Assembly (NCBI GenBank): GCA_963676795.2
Contig: CAXXTB010000001.1
Span: 512,001-576,000 of the forward strand
DNA length: 64,000 nt
Reading direction: 5' to 3'
Origin: Geopsychrobacteraceae bacterium
Lineage (GTDB): Bacteria; Desulfobacterota; Desulfuromonadia; Desulfuromonadales; Geopsychrobacteraceae
A program made the position numbers and the translations under genes. The notes under the pieces are model-generated. The model did no database searches. It was given only the letters and a program-made list of their open reading frames with translations, and was not told the origin of the DNA. Positions 52,918 to 62,842 of this stretch are shown here, one piece after another (the stretch's first letter is position 1; each line of letters opens with the position of its first letter).

Positions 52918-53334
52918 GCTGAGCAATTTAGTTATGAGCTCTTTGATCTTCTTTTTTTCGTCAGGGAACGTGTGCAAATACATATTGTTTTCAAATCTTA
53001 CTCTAGACACGATTTGCGCTGTCTTGGGGTCAATTAGTTGGATTTCAACCGCTCTTAAGTATGGTGCTAAATCCCATGACCATGCGTCAAAATACGTAAG
53101 GATGTATTTGAAACTTTCATTTTTATCGAGAGGAGGGCCAGAAAGGGCTGTCATGCCCATATTAATGATCTCGTCTTGGATCAATTTGTCCATGTCATTT
53201 CGTTGATATGGATTTTTAACAATGTATATCGACTTGCTAGAGTCGACAGAGATTGGAATGGCTGAATTTTTGTGGACTGCTGAGCATCCTGTCATGAAAA
53301 CAACAATAGCAAGTACGAATAACATTCTTTTCAT
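52912..53334 (-). CDS. First-cassette lipoprotein
   Basis: MKRMLFVLAIVVFMTGC lipobox; YFDAWSWDLAPYL; stop inside R''. Confidence 0.75.
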   Translation of the reverse strand: MKRMLFVLAIVVFMTGCSAVHKNSAIPISVDSSKSIYIVKNPYQRNDMDKLIQDEIINMGMTALSGPPLDKNESFKYILTYFDAWSWDLAPYLRAVEIQLIDPKTAQIVSRVRFENNMYLHTFPDEKKKIKELITKLLSL

Positions 53335-53356
53335 AATATTGGTTCCTTGGAGTTGC

Positions 53357-53400
53357 TTATAACGGTAATTAGACGGCCTAAAAGTCGTAATCAAATACGG
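53357..53400 (-). other. attI site (crossover G/TTATAA at 53363)
   Basis: Minus strand gtctaattaccGTTATAA between intI and cassette 1; complementary to cassette-1 R'' TTATAAC; distal boundary approximate. Confidence 0.7.
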
Positions 53401-53500
53401 CAAAGACCGTGGTTTGAATAATATTACTTGATATCCGGTAGGTTACAATTATCCTATTAAATAATAAAGCATTAAATACTGCATTCACTGGAGGGGGCCA

Positions 53501-54475
53501 ATGAATCAGACGTCTTCTGCTCCAAAATTATTGGATCAAGTGCGTGATGCTGTGCGTACCTTGCATTACAGTATCCGCACCGAACAGGCTTATGTGAACT
53601 GGATCAGACAGTTCATTCTTTTTCACAACAAGCGTCATCCCCGGGATATGGGCGGAGATGAGGTTCAGTCTTTCCTGACTTTTCTTGCCGCGCGCAGAAA
53701 CGTTTCTGCATCTACTCAGAACCAGGCTCTGGCGGCAATCCTGTTTCTTTACAAGCAGGTTCTCAAAGTCGACCTGGACTGGCTGGACCAGTTTCAGCGG
53801 GCCAAGAAACCGAAGCGCTTGCCGGTTGTATTTACCCGTCATGAAGTTCAGCGTCTGCTCACCTGTCTTGACGGACAGAATCAGTTGATGGCTAATCTGC
53901 TCTACGGCGCCGGGCTGCGGTTGATGGAGTGCTTGCGCCTGCGGGTGGCTGATATCGACTTTGAGCGTTCCCAGCTTTTTGTCCACGAGGGGAAGGGGCA
54001 GAAGGATCGTGTGACGGTGTTGCCGCAGAAACTCAAGGGCCCGTTGATGTTGCAACTTGAACGAGTGCGGGAACTACATTGTCGTGATCTGGACGCCGGC
54101 TACGGTTCTGTCTATTTATCCCAGGCCCTGGCGCGCAAGTATCCGCATGGGGAACGAGATTGGCGCTGGCAGTATGTTTTCCCGGCGGCAAAGCGCAGTA
54201 CCGACCCGCGCAGTGGGCAAATCAGGCGTCACCATCAGGATGCCAGTGTGCTGCAGCGGGCGGTGAAACACGCGGTGCGGTCAGCTGGAATCAGCAAGGC
54301 TGGCAGTTGTCACACCTTGCGCCACAGTTTTGCGACTCATCTGCTGGAAAGCGGTACAGATATCAGAACCATTCAGGAACTGCTTGGCCATCAGGATGTC
54401 TCGACGACGATGATCTACACCCATGTGATAAACCGGGGAGCGCAGGGGGTGATCAGTCCGATTGATCAACTATAA
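53501..54475 (+). CDS. intI: Integron integrase
   Basis: [24 protein letters not shown], IntI patch (ALARKYP...WQYVFPA...RRHH), [21 protein letters not shown]. Confidence 0.97.
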   Translation: MNQTSSAPKLLDQVRDAVRTLHYSIRTEQAYVNWIRQFILFHNKRHPRDMGGDEVQSFLTFLAARRNVSASTQNQALAAILFLYKQVLKVDLDWLDQFQRAKKPKRLPVVFTRHEVQRLLTCLDGQNQLMANLLYGAGLRLMECLRLRVADIDFERSQLFVHEGKGQKDRVTVLPQKLKGPLMLQLERVRELHCRDLDAGYGSVYLSQALARKYPHGERDWRWQYVFPAAKRSTDPRSGQIRRHHQDASVLQRAVKHAVRSAGISKAGSCHTLRHSFATHLLESGTDIRTIQELLGHQDVSTTMIYTHVINRGAQGVISPIDQL

Positions 54476-54572
54476 AAGGCGATTTCAAGTTTTTCTGCGT
54501 CTGACATTGTCAACGGTCGATGCGTCCATGTAGATTGAATGCATTCAGAATTTCACGCGTAAGGAGCCCGCA

Positions 54573-55031
54573 ATGAATTACTGGCTGATGAAATCGGAAC
54601 CTAATGCTTTCAGCATCGACGATCTGCAGGCGATGCCGGAGCAGACCGAGCACTGGGACGGGGTGCGCAACTATCAGGCGCGCAACATGATGCGTGATGA
54701 GATGAAGATCGGCGACCGGGTCTTTTTCTACCATTCCAACTGCGATGTGCCAGGGATCGTCGGGGTGATGGAGGTGGTGAAGGAAGGCTACCCGGATTTT
54801 ACCGCCTTTGACCCGCACAGCAAATATTTTGACGACAAGAGCGACCCGGTCAAGCCGCGCTGGTTCATGGTCGATGTGAAGTATGTCCGCCATACCCGTC
54901 GGGTGATCTCGCTGACGGAGCTCAAGGAGCATGACGCGCTGGAGAACATGCAGCTGGTACGCAAAGGCAACCGCCTGTCGATCATGCCGGTCAGCCAGGC
55001 GGAGTGGGACTATATCCTCGGTCTGGAATAG
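54573..55031 (+). CDS. EVE domain protein
   Basis: YWLMKSEP, WDGVRNYQARN, FFYHS, RLSIMPV. Confidence 0.93.
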   Translation: MNYWLMKSEPNAFSIDDLQAMPEQTEHWDGVRNYQARNMMRDEMKIGDRVFFYHSNCDVPGIVGVMEVVKEGYPDFTAFDPHSKYFDDKSDPVKPRWFMVDVKYVRHTRRVISLTELKEHDALENMQLVRKGNRLSIMPVSQAEWDYILGLE

Positions 55032-55048
55032 CTGTGCGGTTGGCTGAA

Positions 55049-55399
55049 ATGCAGGAATCGGATAGACCGGTCGGGTCGTGTAAAAACTGTACCCTGCTGC
55101 TGATGGAAAAGTGCTACGGGCGCAGCTGGTGGTTCCGTCTGGTGCGTGAGCCGTTGTTGTTGGGGATGCGTCTGCTGGCCCGTTGGCACGGAATCGGTGC
55201 CGGGGATTATCTGGTCAATAATCCCGAGTGTGTTGGCTGTATCCGCTTCATGAAGAAGGGGTTGCAGGAAAAATCGCCCCTGTTCCGCTGGCTGGACGGT
55301 TGGATCGGCCCGCATTTCAAGGGGCTCAGCGAGACGCTGCTGACGGAGGAAGACAAGGCCGAGGCGAAGCAAAGGGCTAAGGAGCGGCTGGGGGAGTAG
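55049..55399 (+). CDS. Hypothetical protein with two CxxC motifs
   Basis: CKNC...WFRLVREPL...CVGCIRFMK; start uncertain. Confidence 0.55.
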   Translation: MQESDRPVGSCKNCTLLLMEKCYGRSWWFRLVREPLLLGMRLLARWHGIGAGDYLVNNPECVGCIRFMKKGLQEKSPLFRWLDGWIGPHFKGLSETLLTEEDKAEAKQRAKERLGE

Positions 55400-55474
55400 G
55401 TGCGTCCGGCAAGCGAGACTTGCCGATACTGGGCCTGTTTATCCTCTTGACCAGCGTGGTTATTTTCTCTAATC

Positions 55475-55514
55475 TGACTAAAAAAATACGTCATAAGACG
55501 TAAAGATTTAGTCA
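55475..55514. promoter_or_regulatory. Palindromic operator upstream of the wHTH gene
   Basis: tgactaaa..tacgtc-ataa-gacgta..tttagtca. Confidence 0.6.
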
Positions 55515-55528
55515 AAAGAGGCCCAGCC

Positions 55529-55858
55529 ATGCTTGAAGCATTGTTCGGAACTGTAAACCGTGAAAAAGTCCTGATTTACATCTACTGCCGTGAAGAGGGA
55601 TATCCTCGGGAGGTCGCTCAGTTTTACGCGACAGATCTACGCTCGATCCAGAATCAGTTTGAAAAGCTGGAGCATGGAGGAGTGCTTTTCAGCCGTTTGG
55701 TTGGAAACACAAGGCTCTACGCGTTTAACCCGCGTTACCCCTTTCTTGCTGAACTCAAAACCCTTTTGGAGAAGGTGCTGACGTTTTATCCCGACGACGA
55801 GCTTGAACGCTTGTCTATAGCTAGAAAGCGTCCACGCAGGGCGGGTAAGCCTTTATGA
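55529..55858 (+). CDS. Winged-helix DNA-binding protein
   Basis: MLEALFG...REEGYPREVA...IQNQFEKLEHGGVL...RPRRAGKPL. Confidence 0.75.
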   Translation: MLEALFGTVNREKVLIYIYCREEGYPREVAQFYATDLRSIQNQFEKLEHGGVLFSRLVGNTRLYAFNPRYPFLAELKTLLEKVLTFYPDDELERLSIARKRPRRAGKPL

Positions 55859-56366
55859 AGCTGGTCAGAGAGATGACCGCTGGTGAGTTGGCGGCCTATG
55901 TCTGTACTCATCTGCGAGACGAGGGGATCGATGTCGTATTGTCGGGGGGCGGTTGTGTTTCTCTCTATACTCTGGGGCAGTATGTTTCCTACGATCTTGA
56001 CTTTATCGAGCTCTTTCCTCCGGACGCAGAAAGCTGAAAAGAACTCTTGCTGAAATTGGTTTTGTTGAGGAAGGGCGCTATTTCAAGCATCCTGATACCC
56101 TGTATTTTCTCGAATTTCCGCCGGGGCCACTAGCCGTGGGTGATGAGCCGCCTCGTGAGCTTAAGGCATTGTCTGCCACGGATTGTGTAAAGGATCGTCT
56201 TTCCGCTTACTTTCACTGGAATGATTTGGAGTGTCTGGAGCAGGCCTTGTTGATTGCTGAAGGGCAACAGATTGATCTTGTGGAAATCGAGCGTTGGTCT
56301 CATACGGAGGGGCAGGCCAGCAAGTTCGTGCTATTTACGGAGCGATTGCAGCAGGGGAAGAACTGA
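55855..56366 (+). pseudogene. Frameshifted nucleotidyltransferase-like partner of the wHTH gene
   Basis: VVLSGGGCV...SYDLDF in one frame; continues in another frame from about 56018 (SGRRKLK...YFKHP...EFPPGPLAVGDEP...DCVKDRL). Confidence 0.6.
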
Positions 56367-56448
56367 CTGGCAGTGTCTTGCCCTGCTGATCCTTGACAGG
56401 AGGAAAGGTTGTTTAGCTTTTCTTTGCGTCTTCGCGTGAGCCTGATTT

Positions 56449-57459
56449 TCAGCTCTGTCCTTCCTCATTCTTCACCTCTTCCGGATACAGGCCCCGCACC
56501 CGGGCAAAAAGCCTGGTCAAGCCCAGCAGGGTATCGATATCCGGGGTTTTGACCCCGACCTTCTGGCCGATCTCGCGGACCGCGCTGACCAGGGCATCGA
56601 TCTCGAGCGGGCGCCCCGCTTCGACATCCTGAAGCATCGAGGTTTTGAAGGCGCCGAGCTTGCGGGTCACCAGATTGCGCTGTTCGGGGGACTGCTCGAT
56701 GGGGCAGCCGATGCGGGCGCCGATGGCCGAGGCTTCGAGCATAATCCGGTTACAGAAGGTTCTCACCAGTTCGTCATCGAGCACCCTGTCGCAGGTTGCC
56801 CCGGTGATTGCCGTGACCGGATTCATGGTCATGTTGCCCCACAGCTTGTACCAGATCTCGCGCTGGATGCTGTCGGTCGTTTCGATCTCGATCCCCGCTT
56901 TCTCAAGCAGGGCGGCCAGGCGGTGCAGGCGTTCGGAGCGGCTGCCGTCAGGTTCGCCGAGGATCAGTTTCTTGCCGAAAGCGTGGCGGGCGAAGCCCGG
57001 TTCCTTGAGAGAAAAGCTGCCATGGACCACGCAGCCGATGACATTTTTGACCGGGATCGCCGCTGCGATGCTGCCGCCGGGATCGACGGATTCGAGCTGC
57101 AGGTCAGAGTATTCCCCGCCGAAGCCGGCGAAGTACCACCAGGGGATACCGTTCATGGCGGTCAGGACGATGGTCTGCGGGCCGATCAGTGGGGCGATAT
57201 GGGCTGCGACCTCGCTCATCGCCTGGGCCTTGACAGCAAGGATGACCAGGTCCTGGGCACCGAGTTCCCCGGGGGTGTCGGTTGCATTCAGCTCTGCTGT
57301 ATAGAGGCGGCCTTCAAACTCAAGGCGCAGGCCGTTGCGTTTCAGGGCGTCCAGCGTGGTGCCACGGGCAATGGCTGACAATTCGCAGCCGCTCTGGGCC
57401 AGCAGAGCGCCGATAAAGCCACCGACGGCACCGACTCCGTAGATGCAGATTTTGTTCAT
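56449..57459 (-). CDS. panE: 2-dehydropantoate 2-reductase (ApbA/PanE family)
   Basis: GVGAVGG, AVKA, MNGIPWW, WYKLWGN, KTSMLQD...E. Confidence 0.85.
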   Translation of the reverse strand: MNKICIYGVGAVGGFIGALLAQSGCELSAIARGTTLDALKRNGLRLEFEGRLYTAELNATDTPGELGAQDLVILAVKAQAMSEVAAHIAPLIGPQTIVLTAMNGIPWWYFAGFGGEYSDLQLESVDPGGSIAAAIPVKNVIGCVVHGSFSLKEPGFARHAFGKKLILGEPDGSRSERLHRLAALLEKAGIEIETTDSIQREIWYKLWGNMTMNPVTAITGATCDRVLDDELVRTFCNRIMLEASAIGARIGCPIEQSPEQRNLVTRKLGAFKTSMLQDVEAGRPLEIDALVSAVREIGQKVGVKTPDIDTLLGLTRLFARVRGLYPEEVKNEEGQS

Positions 57460-57569
57460 GTCTGGCTCCTTCTCATGAAATGGCGGATTTGGGAACGACT
57501 AAAGCAATATAGCCGAGGTGCAGGCGATTTAAAATCGTTAAGTCCGCCCCACGGCCCTTTGCTGATTTG

Positions 57570-58082
57570 TCAGAGAGCTGTTTGCAGAGAGGACGCAGAA
57601 CTCTGGCCAAGGGTGATTCCTTTGGTCTGCATGTAGTTCTGCAGGCGTAGCAGGTGGTGCTTGTCCTGTTCGTTGAGCTGCTGGAAAATCTTCAGAAGGA
57701 TGTCGTCTGCCTGTTGAGTCATGGCTTTCTGATAGTGCGCTTCGCCGGCAGATTCTTCGAGCTGAATCGCCAGGGAGAAGGCTTCTTCTCTGGTTGGAGG
57801 GGACTGCTCAAGCTGCTTCAGCAGGTTTGACAGCTGGACATTGATTTCGATCAAGGCTTCGAGGGCTGGTGAAACGATCTGGGCCGGAATGTGTCCGCTC
57901 GGGACAAAGCTTTCCAGGGCGCTGCGGAGCAGGGCCGCGTGGTTGTTTTCTTCAAGGGTCAGCTGCCACCACAGGTCATTATCTTCCTTAAACTCATGAT
58001 AGAAAAGTTTATAAAGCTTGCCGATCTGCAATTCGAGTCTGATCGCTTCCTCGGCAAGGGGGATGAATTGGTCCTTGTGCAT
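57570..58082 (-). CDS. Ferritin-like/rubrerythrin-family protein
   Basis: AIRLE...EENNHA...LEESAGEAHY...DKHH. Confidence 0.7.
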   Translation of the reverse strand: MHKDQFIPLAEEAIRLELQIGKLYKLFYHEFKEDNDLWWQLTLEENNHAALLRSALESFVPSGHIPAQIVSPALEALIEINVQLSNLLKQLEQSPPTREEAFSLAIQLEESAGEAHYQKAMTQQADDILLKIFQQLNEQDKHHLLRLQNYMQTKGITLGQSSASSLQTAL

Positions 58083-58380
58083 TGGTCTGCCGTCCGTAAG
58101 GGGAATTTTTCACTGTTGTCAGTGTTGATCTGGTGCTGCTGAGAAAAGAGCGCGAGGTAATTCACTTGGGGGCCAGAGTCGGGACAACGGTATATTCGTT
58201 AGTAAATAGATAAAGATTTGTGAATCTTTTTTCAATAGAAAATTCATTGGTCAGGGGCGGAGTTGAGGCTGCTCATTGGCAGTCAAACCGTGCTATCATA
58301 GTATTCATACATGGTTTTTGATCTCTGGCTTAATATGTGACCAACGTCCGATAAATACCCGAATCTGACTGGAGGATGAC

Positions 58381-58656
58381 ATGGAAAAGTCACTGGAGCA
58401 GTTGTTTTACTTCGCCCTTGGCAGTGCCCTGGCGGTCAAGGAAAAGGTGGAAAAGAACAGCGGGGAGTTCAGGGCGGCCGCCGACAATGCTGAAAAGAAC
58501 GCCCGTGAGTTTTTCGATCAGATGGCCAAAAAAGGCGAAGAAGAAAAGGGGCAGTTCCGCGAGATGCTCAAGGGGGTCATGAAAGAGGTGATCGACGACC
58601 TCGGCCTGGCCACCAGGGAAGACCTGGATCAACTCAGGAAGGATCTGGGCAAGTAG
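58381..58656 (+). CDS. Phasin/PHA-granule-associated-like small protein
   Basis: ALGSAL...KGEEEK...LGLATREDL; GGAGG RBS. Confidence 0.65.
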   Translation: MEKSLEQLFYFALGSALAVKEKVEKNSGEFRAAADNAEKNAREFFDQMAKKGEEEKGQFREMLKGVMKEVIDDLGLATREDLDQLRKDLGK

Positions 58657-58658
58657 CC

Positions 58659-60230
58659 TTGCTGAATCAGCTTCGACTCTTTCTGGCTCTCTGCAGTCCG
58701 CGGCGCAGCTATCTGGTGTTCCGTTTTCTGATCACCCTGTTTCTGCTCTTCCGGCGTAAGTCGCGTTGGCTGGGGATGGAGCCGTTGTCGCCAGAGCAGC
58801 TGGTCGAGAGCATCCGCCTTCTCGGGGCGAGCTTTCTCAAGCTGGCCCAGGTGCTGGCGACGCGGGCCGACTTCTTCGATGAGGATTACCTGACCGCTCT
58901 GCGCCAGCTTCATGACCGGATGCCGCCGATGGCGGAGAACGACCGGCTCAGGGTCATGGCCCGGGCATTTCCCGATATGGGCTGCTTTGCCGAGTTTGAC
59001 GACAGGCCGATTGCCAGCGCCTCGATCGGCCAGGTCCACCGGGCCAGGCTGGCGGAAAGCGGCGAGCTGGTAGCGGTCAAGCTGCTGCGCGAGCATATCC
59101 GCACGGTGGTGCGCGTCGATATCTTCCTGCTCAACCTGTTCCTCAGGCTGTTCAGGCCGCTTTTTTCCGATGAGACGCGCAATTCCCTCGAAGCGGTCTT
59201 GCGGGCCTTCAGCGGGATGATCCTGCAGGAAGTCAGCATGGCCCAGGAGCTGGCCAACCTGAATCATTTCAGCCAGGTCTATGCTGACAGCGGTGTGCGC
59301 TTTCCCAAAGCCTACCCCGAGCTGTGTTGTGACGAAGCGCTGGTGATGAGCTTCGAAGAGGGGTTTCGCATCGATGATCTCAAATCGATCAAAGCGGCGG
59401 GGCTGGAATTTTTCTCGCTGATGCAGACCCTGGTGATCTTCTACACCGAGCAGATGCTGGTCAACGGTTTCTTTCACGCCGATCCGCATCCGGGCAACCT
59501 GCTGGTCTCACGGGACGGTCAGTTGATCCTGCTCGATTTCGGCATGGTCAGCCGGATTCCCAAGAAGATGCGCGAAGCGATGATCTACGCGGTCAAGTCG
59601 GCCTATGAGCGTGATTTCGATATGCTGGTCAGCGCCACGCGGCGCATGGGGATGCTCACCGAAAAGGCCCAGCCGGAGCAGCTCAGTCATATCGCCGAGA
59701 GTCTCTTCGAGATCTTCGACAGCGATCATCTCGATGCGCGCAGCATGCAGGAGCTGGCCTTCGGGGTGCTCAATATCCTTCACGATCTGCCCTTCAAGCT
59801 GCCCCAGGATGTCATCTATGTGATGCGCGTCAGTTCGCTGATCGAAGGGCTGGGAACCCAGTTCAATCCCAACTTCAACGGGGTCAAGGACATCCTGCCG
59901 ATCCTCAAGAGCTACCTGCCGAAGGCGATCGATGAAGGCGGGCCGCCGTTCGACAAGCTGATCGGGGAACTTGTGCAGTTGCCGCTGACCCTGACCCGCA
60001 CCCGCCAGGTGGTCGAGCTGGCTCAGCAGGGGGATCTGCGCGTGCGGATGGCGCCCGAGGACCGCCAGTTCCTGCTCGACGGTATCGGCCGCATGGTCGG
60101 CCGGATCGGCTGGCTGATCTTCTGGCTGGCGCTGGCTTTCTATCTTTTTCAGGTGGGCCGGGGGTGGACGACGGGGGTGTCGGTTGTTTGTCTGCTCGCG
60201 GCGCTGGTGACCCTGCTGCGCAGGCCCTGA
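58659..60230 (+). CDS. ABC1/UbiB (AarF) kinase-like protein
   Basis: KLAQ, ASASIGQVHRA, VAVK, FFHADPHPGN, LDFGMV. Confidence 0.92.
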   Translation: MLNQLRLFLALCSPRRSYLVFRFLITLFLLFRRKSRWLGMEPLSPEQLVESIRLLGASFLKLAQVLATRADFFDEDYLTALRQLHDRMPPMAENDRLRVMARAFPDMGCFAEFDDRPIASASIGQVHRARLAESGELVAVKLLREHIRTVVRVDIFLLNLFLRLFRPLFSDETRNSLEAVLRAFSGMILQEVSMAQELANLNHFSQVYADSGVRFPKAYPELCCDEALVMSFEEGFRIDDLKSIKAAGLEFFSLMQTLVIFYTEQMLVNGFFHADPHPGNLLVSRDGQLILLDFGMVSRIPKKMREAMIYAVKSAYERDFDMLVSATRRMGMLTEKAQPEQLSHIAESLFEIFDSDHLDARSMQELAFGVLNILHDLPFKLPQDVIYVMRVSSLIEGLGTQFNPNFNGVKDILPILKSYLPKAIDEGGPPFDKLIGELVQLPLTLTRTRQVVELAQQGDLRVRMAPEDRQFLLDGIGRMVGRIGWLIFWLALAFYLFQVGRGWTTGVSVVCLLAALVTLLRRP

Positions 60231-60246
60231 TTGAAGGGAGATACGG

Positions 60247-60711
60247 ATGCATCGTCTTGAGCGCAGTATCGATCTGGATGTTTCTTGCGAAGAGCTGTGG
60301 GACTTTATCGCCACGCCGAAGAACCTCAATCTGTTGACGCCGCCCGATCTCGAGTTCGAGATCCTCAGCGAGCTGCCGGAGCGGATGTACGACGGGCTGA
60401 TGATTCTCTACCGGATCCGGATTCCGCTGTTTGGCCGCTGGCGCTGGCTAACCGAGATCAAACATATCCGTGACGGCGTTTCCTTTGTTGACGAACAGCG
60501 CGTCGGGCCTTATCGTCTCTGGTATCATCAGCATGAGATTCGTCCGCTCGGGGAAGGGCGGACGCGGATGTTCGACCGGGTTGATTACGCGCTTCCCTTC
60601 GGTCCGCTGGGGCAACTGGTTCACCGTCTGTGGGTGGTCGGGATGCTGGAGGGGATATTTGAATTTCGGCGCAAGAAATTGCTGGAGCTGTTTCCGCCCA
60701 GAAGCCAATAA
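60247..60711 (+). CDS. SRPBCC family protein
   Basis: PKNLNLLTPP, FVDEQRVGPYRLWYHQH, IFEFR. Confidence 0.88.
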   Translation: MHRLERSIDLDVSCEELWDFIATPKNLNLLTPPDLEFEILSELPERMYDGLMILYRIRIPLFGRWRWLTEIKHIRDGVSFVDEQRVGPYRLWYHQHEIRPLGEGRTRMFDRVDYALPFGPLGQLVHRLWVVGMLEGIFEFRRKKLLELFPPRSQ

Positions 60712-61142
60712 TCGAAACACTCAAAGAGTGTTTCTCCGGTTCTGCCCGTTAGATGGGCAGAGCCCATCGTTGGGCGTTAGGCGCTTGGCTGGTGTGCTGC
60801 TACGAAGAAACGCAGGCTTACTTCCGACAATATAAAAAGGGCGTTTTTGCTTACTTTTGCGGCCCTGGTCAAAAGTAAGGCGCAGTGCGGGGGCGCGCTC
60901 CCGCGGTTTTGATCTTGGCGGAAGCGGCATTTGAAAAAGCAACACCGGCGGGTCTCGTCCCGCCAGACGACCTCCTTTCTTTTATCGAAAAGAAAGGAGG
61001 CAAAGAAACTCCAACGTCAAAGGCAGCGGTAACACTGCGTTCGGAAGGATCTCCGTAGTTTTTGGGTTGCGATACTCTGCACGCTCAGACGAGCCGCTAT
61101 GCGTCTCGAATTCGCGGAATCGCAAAGCCGGTACCCGGCTTG
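60710..61142 (-). repeat. ~433-bp multi-hairpin intergenic element, copy B (inverted)
   Basis: Reverse complement is collinear with 32274-32713. Confidence 0.8.
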
Positions 61143-61208
61143 GAAGTATGAAACAAACTTAAGCCGCATTTTTGAAGTGTGGCTTCGTCAGATAACAAAG
61201 AGGTTAAT

Positions 61209-62012
61209 ATGCAGGCAGACCTGATCTGGAACGATATCGAAAAAATCCGCAGTGCTTCACCGTTGGTGCACAACATCACCAATTACGTGGTCATGAACAA
61301 CACCGCCAACGCACTGCTGGCACTGGGCGCTTCGCCGGTCATGGCTCACTCGGTTGAAGAGGTCGAGGATATGACCGCTATCGCCTCGGCACTGGTCATC
61401 AATATCGGCACCTTGAGCCCTGAATGGGTTGCAGCGATGAAGCTGGCGATGACGGCAGCGGCTAAGCGTGGCCTGCCGATCGTCTTCGATCCGGTCGGTG
61501 CCGGGGCGACCCCCTACCGCTCGAAGGTCTGCTATGAACTGCTCGGTAACCAGGCCCCAACCATCATCCGCGGCAACGCCTCGGAGATCATGGCCCTGGT
61601 CGATGCCAATGTCAAAACCAAGGGGGTCGACAGCCTGGAGGAGTGCGATAACAGGGCGGAGGCTGCGGCCCAGCTGCTCTCCCGCGAGTATGCGGCCACT
61701 GTTGTCGTCAGTGGCGGTGTCGATCTGGTGATTCGCGATGAGGCCAAAGCTCAGGTGGCCAACGGCCATCCGCTGATGCCCAGGGTCACCGGGCTGGGTT
61801 GTACGGCCAGCGCCCTGGTCGGAGCCTTTGCCGCGGTCAACGCGGATCCTTTCGCCGCGGCGGCCCACGCCATGGCGGTGATGGGGATCTGCGGCGAGCT
61901 GGCGGCAGAGAAGGCCGACGGGCCGGGCACCCTGCAGCTTTATTTCATCGACGCCCTGTACAATCTGACCAGCCGGCAGGTCAAGGATTACCTGCGCATC
62001 GGCCTGTCATGA
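61209..62012 (+). CDS. thiM: Hydroxyethylthiazole kinase
   Basis: PLVHNITNYV, GASPVMA, INIGTL, DPVGAGA, RGNASEI, VTGLGC. Confidence 0.95.
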   Translation: MQADLIWNDIEKIRSASPLVHNITNYVVMNNTANALLALGASPVMAHSVEEVEDMTAIASALVINIGTLSPEWVAAMKLAMTAAAKRGLPIVFDPVGAGATPYRSKVCYELLGNQAPTIIRGNASEIMALVDANVKTKGVDSLEECDNRAEAAAQLLSREYAATVVVSGGVDLVIRDEAKAQVANGHPLMPRVTGLGCTASALVGAFAAVNADPFAAAAHAMAVMGICGELAAEKADGPGTLQLYFIDALYNLTSRQVKDYLRIGLS

Positions 62013-62662
62013 GCGGGGGCTGTTTCCGGCTCCACCTGGTCACCGACCGGGCCCTCTCGCTGGGACGGGAGCTGAGCGAGATCGTTGTTGCGGCCGCAGC
62101 CGGTGGTGTTGATCTGGTGCAGCTGCGTGAGAAAAACTGTTCAACCCGCGAATTCGTCGAGCTCGGGCGCGCTCTGCACCCCTTGCTGCGCGAGCGCGGC
62201 GTGCCACTGATCATCAACGACCGGGTCGACGTTGCCCTGGCGATCGGGGCCGACGGCGTCCATCTGGGGCAGAGCGATATGGCCTACGGCGATGCCCGCC
62301 GCCTGCTGGGCGAGGGCGCAATCATCGGCTTGTCGGTTGAGTCGGCCGCGGACGCGCAGGCCGCTGAGGCCCTGGATGTCAGCTACCTGGGGATCAGCCC
62401 GGTCTTTACCACGGTGACCAAGGCGGAGCTGGAATCTGGCCTGGGACTCGCCGGGGTCGCCGCGATCCGCCGCATCTCGCGCCACCGACTGGTCGCCATC
62501 GGCGGCATCCATGTGGGCAATGCCGGTGATGTTCTGGCCAGCGGTGCCGACGGGCTGGCCGTGGTGTCGGCGATCTGTTCAGCGTCGGAGCCGAAAGGGG
62601 CGAGTGCTGAACTGGCCGCTGTGATCGGCGAATATTATGGCCGGAAAGCGGAAACCGTTTAA
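62009..62662 (+). CDS. thiE: Thiamine-phosphate synthase
   Basis: VQLREK, INDRVDVA, GVHLGQSD, AIGGI; ATGA overlap with thiM. Confidence 0.95.
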   Translation: MSGGCFRLHLVTDRALSLGRELSEIVVAAAAGGVDLVQLREKNCSTREFVELGRALHPLLRERGVPLIINDRVDVALAIGADGVHLGQSDMAYGDARRLLGEGAIIGLSVESAADAQAAEALDVSYLGISPVFTTVTKAELESGLGLAGVAAIRRISRHRLVAIGGIHVGNAGDVLASGADGLAVVSAICSASEPKGASAELAAVIGEYYGRKAETV

Positions 62663-62842
62663 AAATAGCAAGAAAAGCATACTGAGCTGGAAAAAAAATC
62701 TCAGTGCGATTATTATAGCAAGCTCGCATTCGCCTCCCCGTTGAGAAAGCGGGTGCAAAGAAGGTCGAAACTGTACATGCCCGTGTAGCCCGGAAGCGCA
62801 TGTCCTGCTTTTGTTCCATATCAATTTTTCCAGGATCAAATT

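Noticed and set aside
53400..53500. LexA box in the intI promoter
   Set aside because: Only a partial tactg half-site; no complete CTGT-N8-ACAG.
60710..61208. TPP riboswitch before thiM
   Set aside because: No CTGAGA / ACCTG motifs in the leader; the space is filled by the repeat element.
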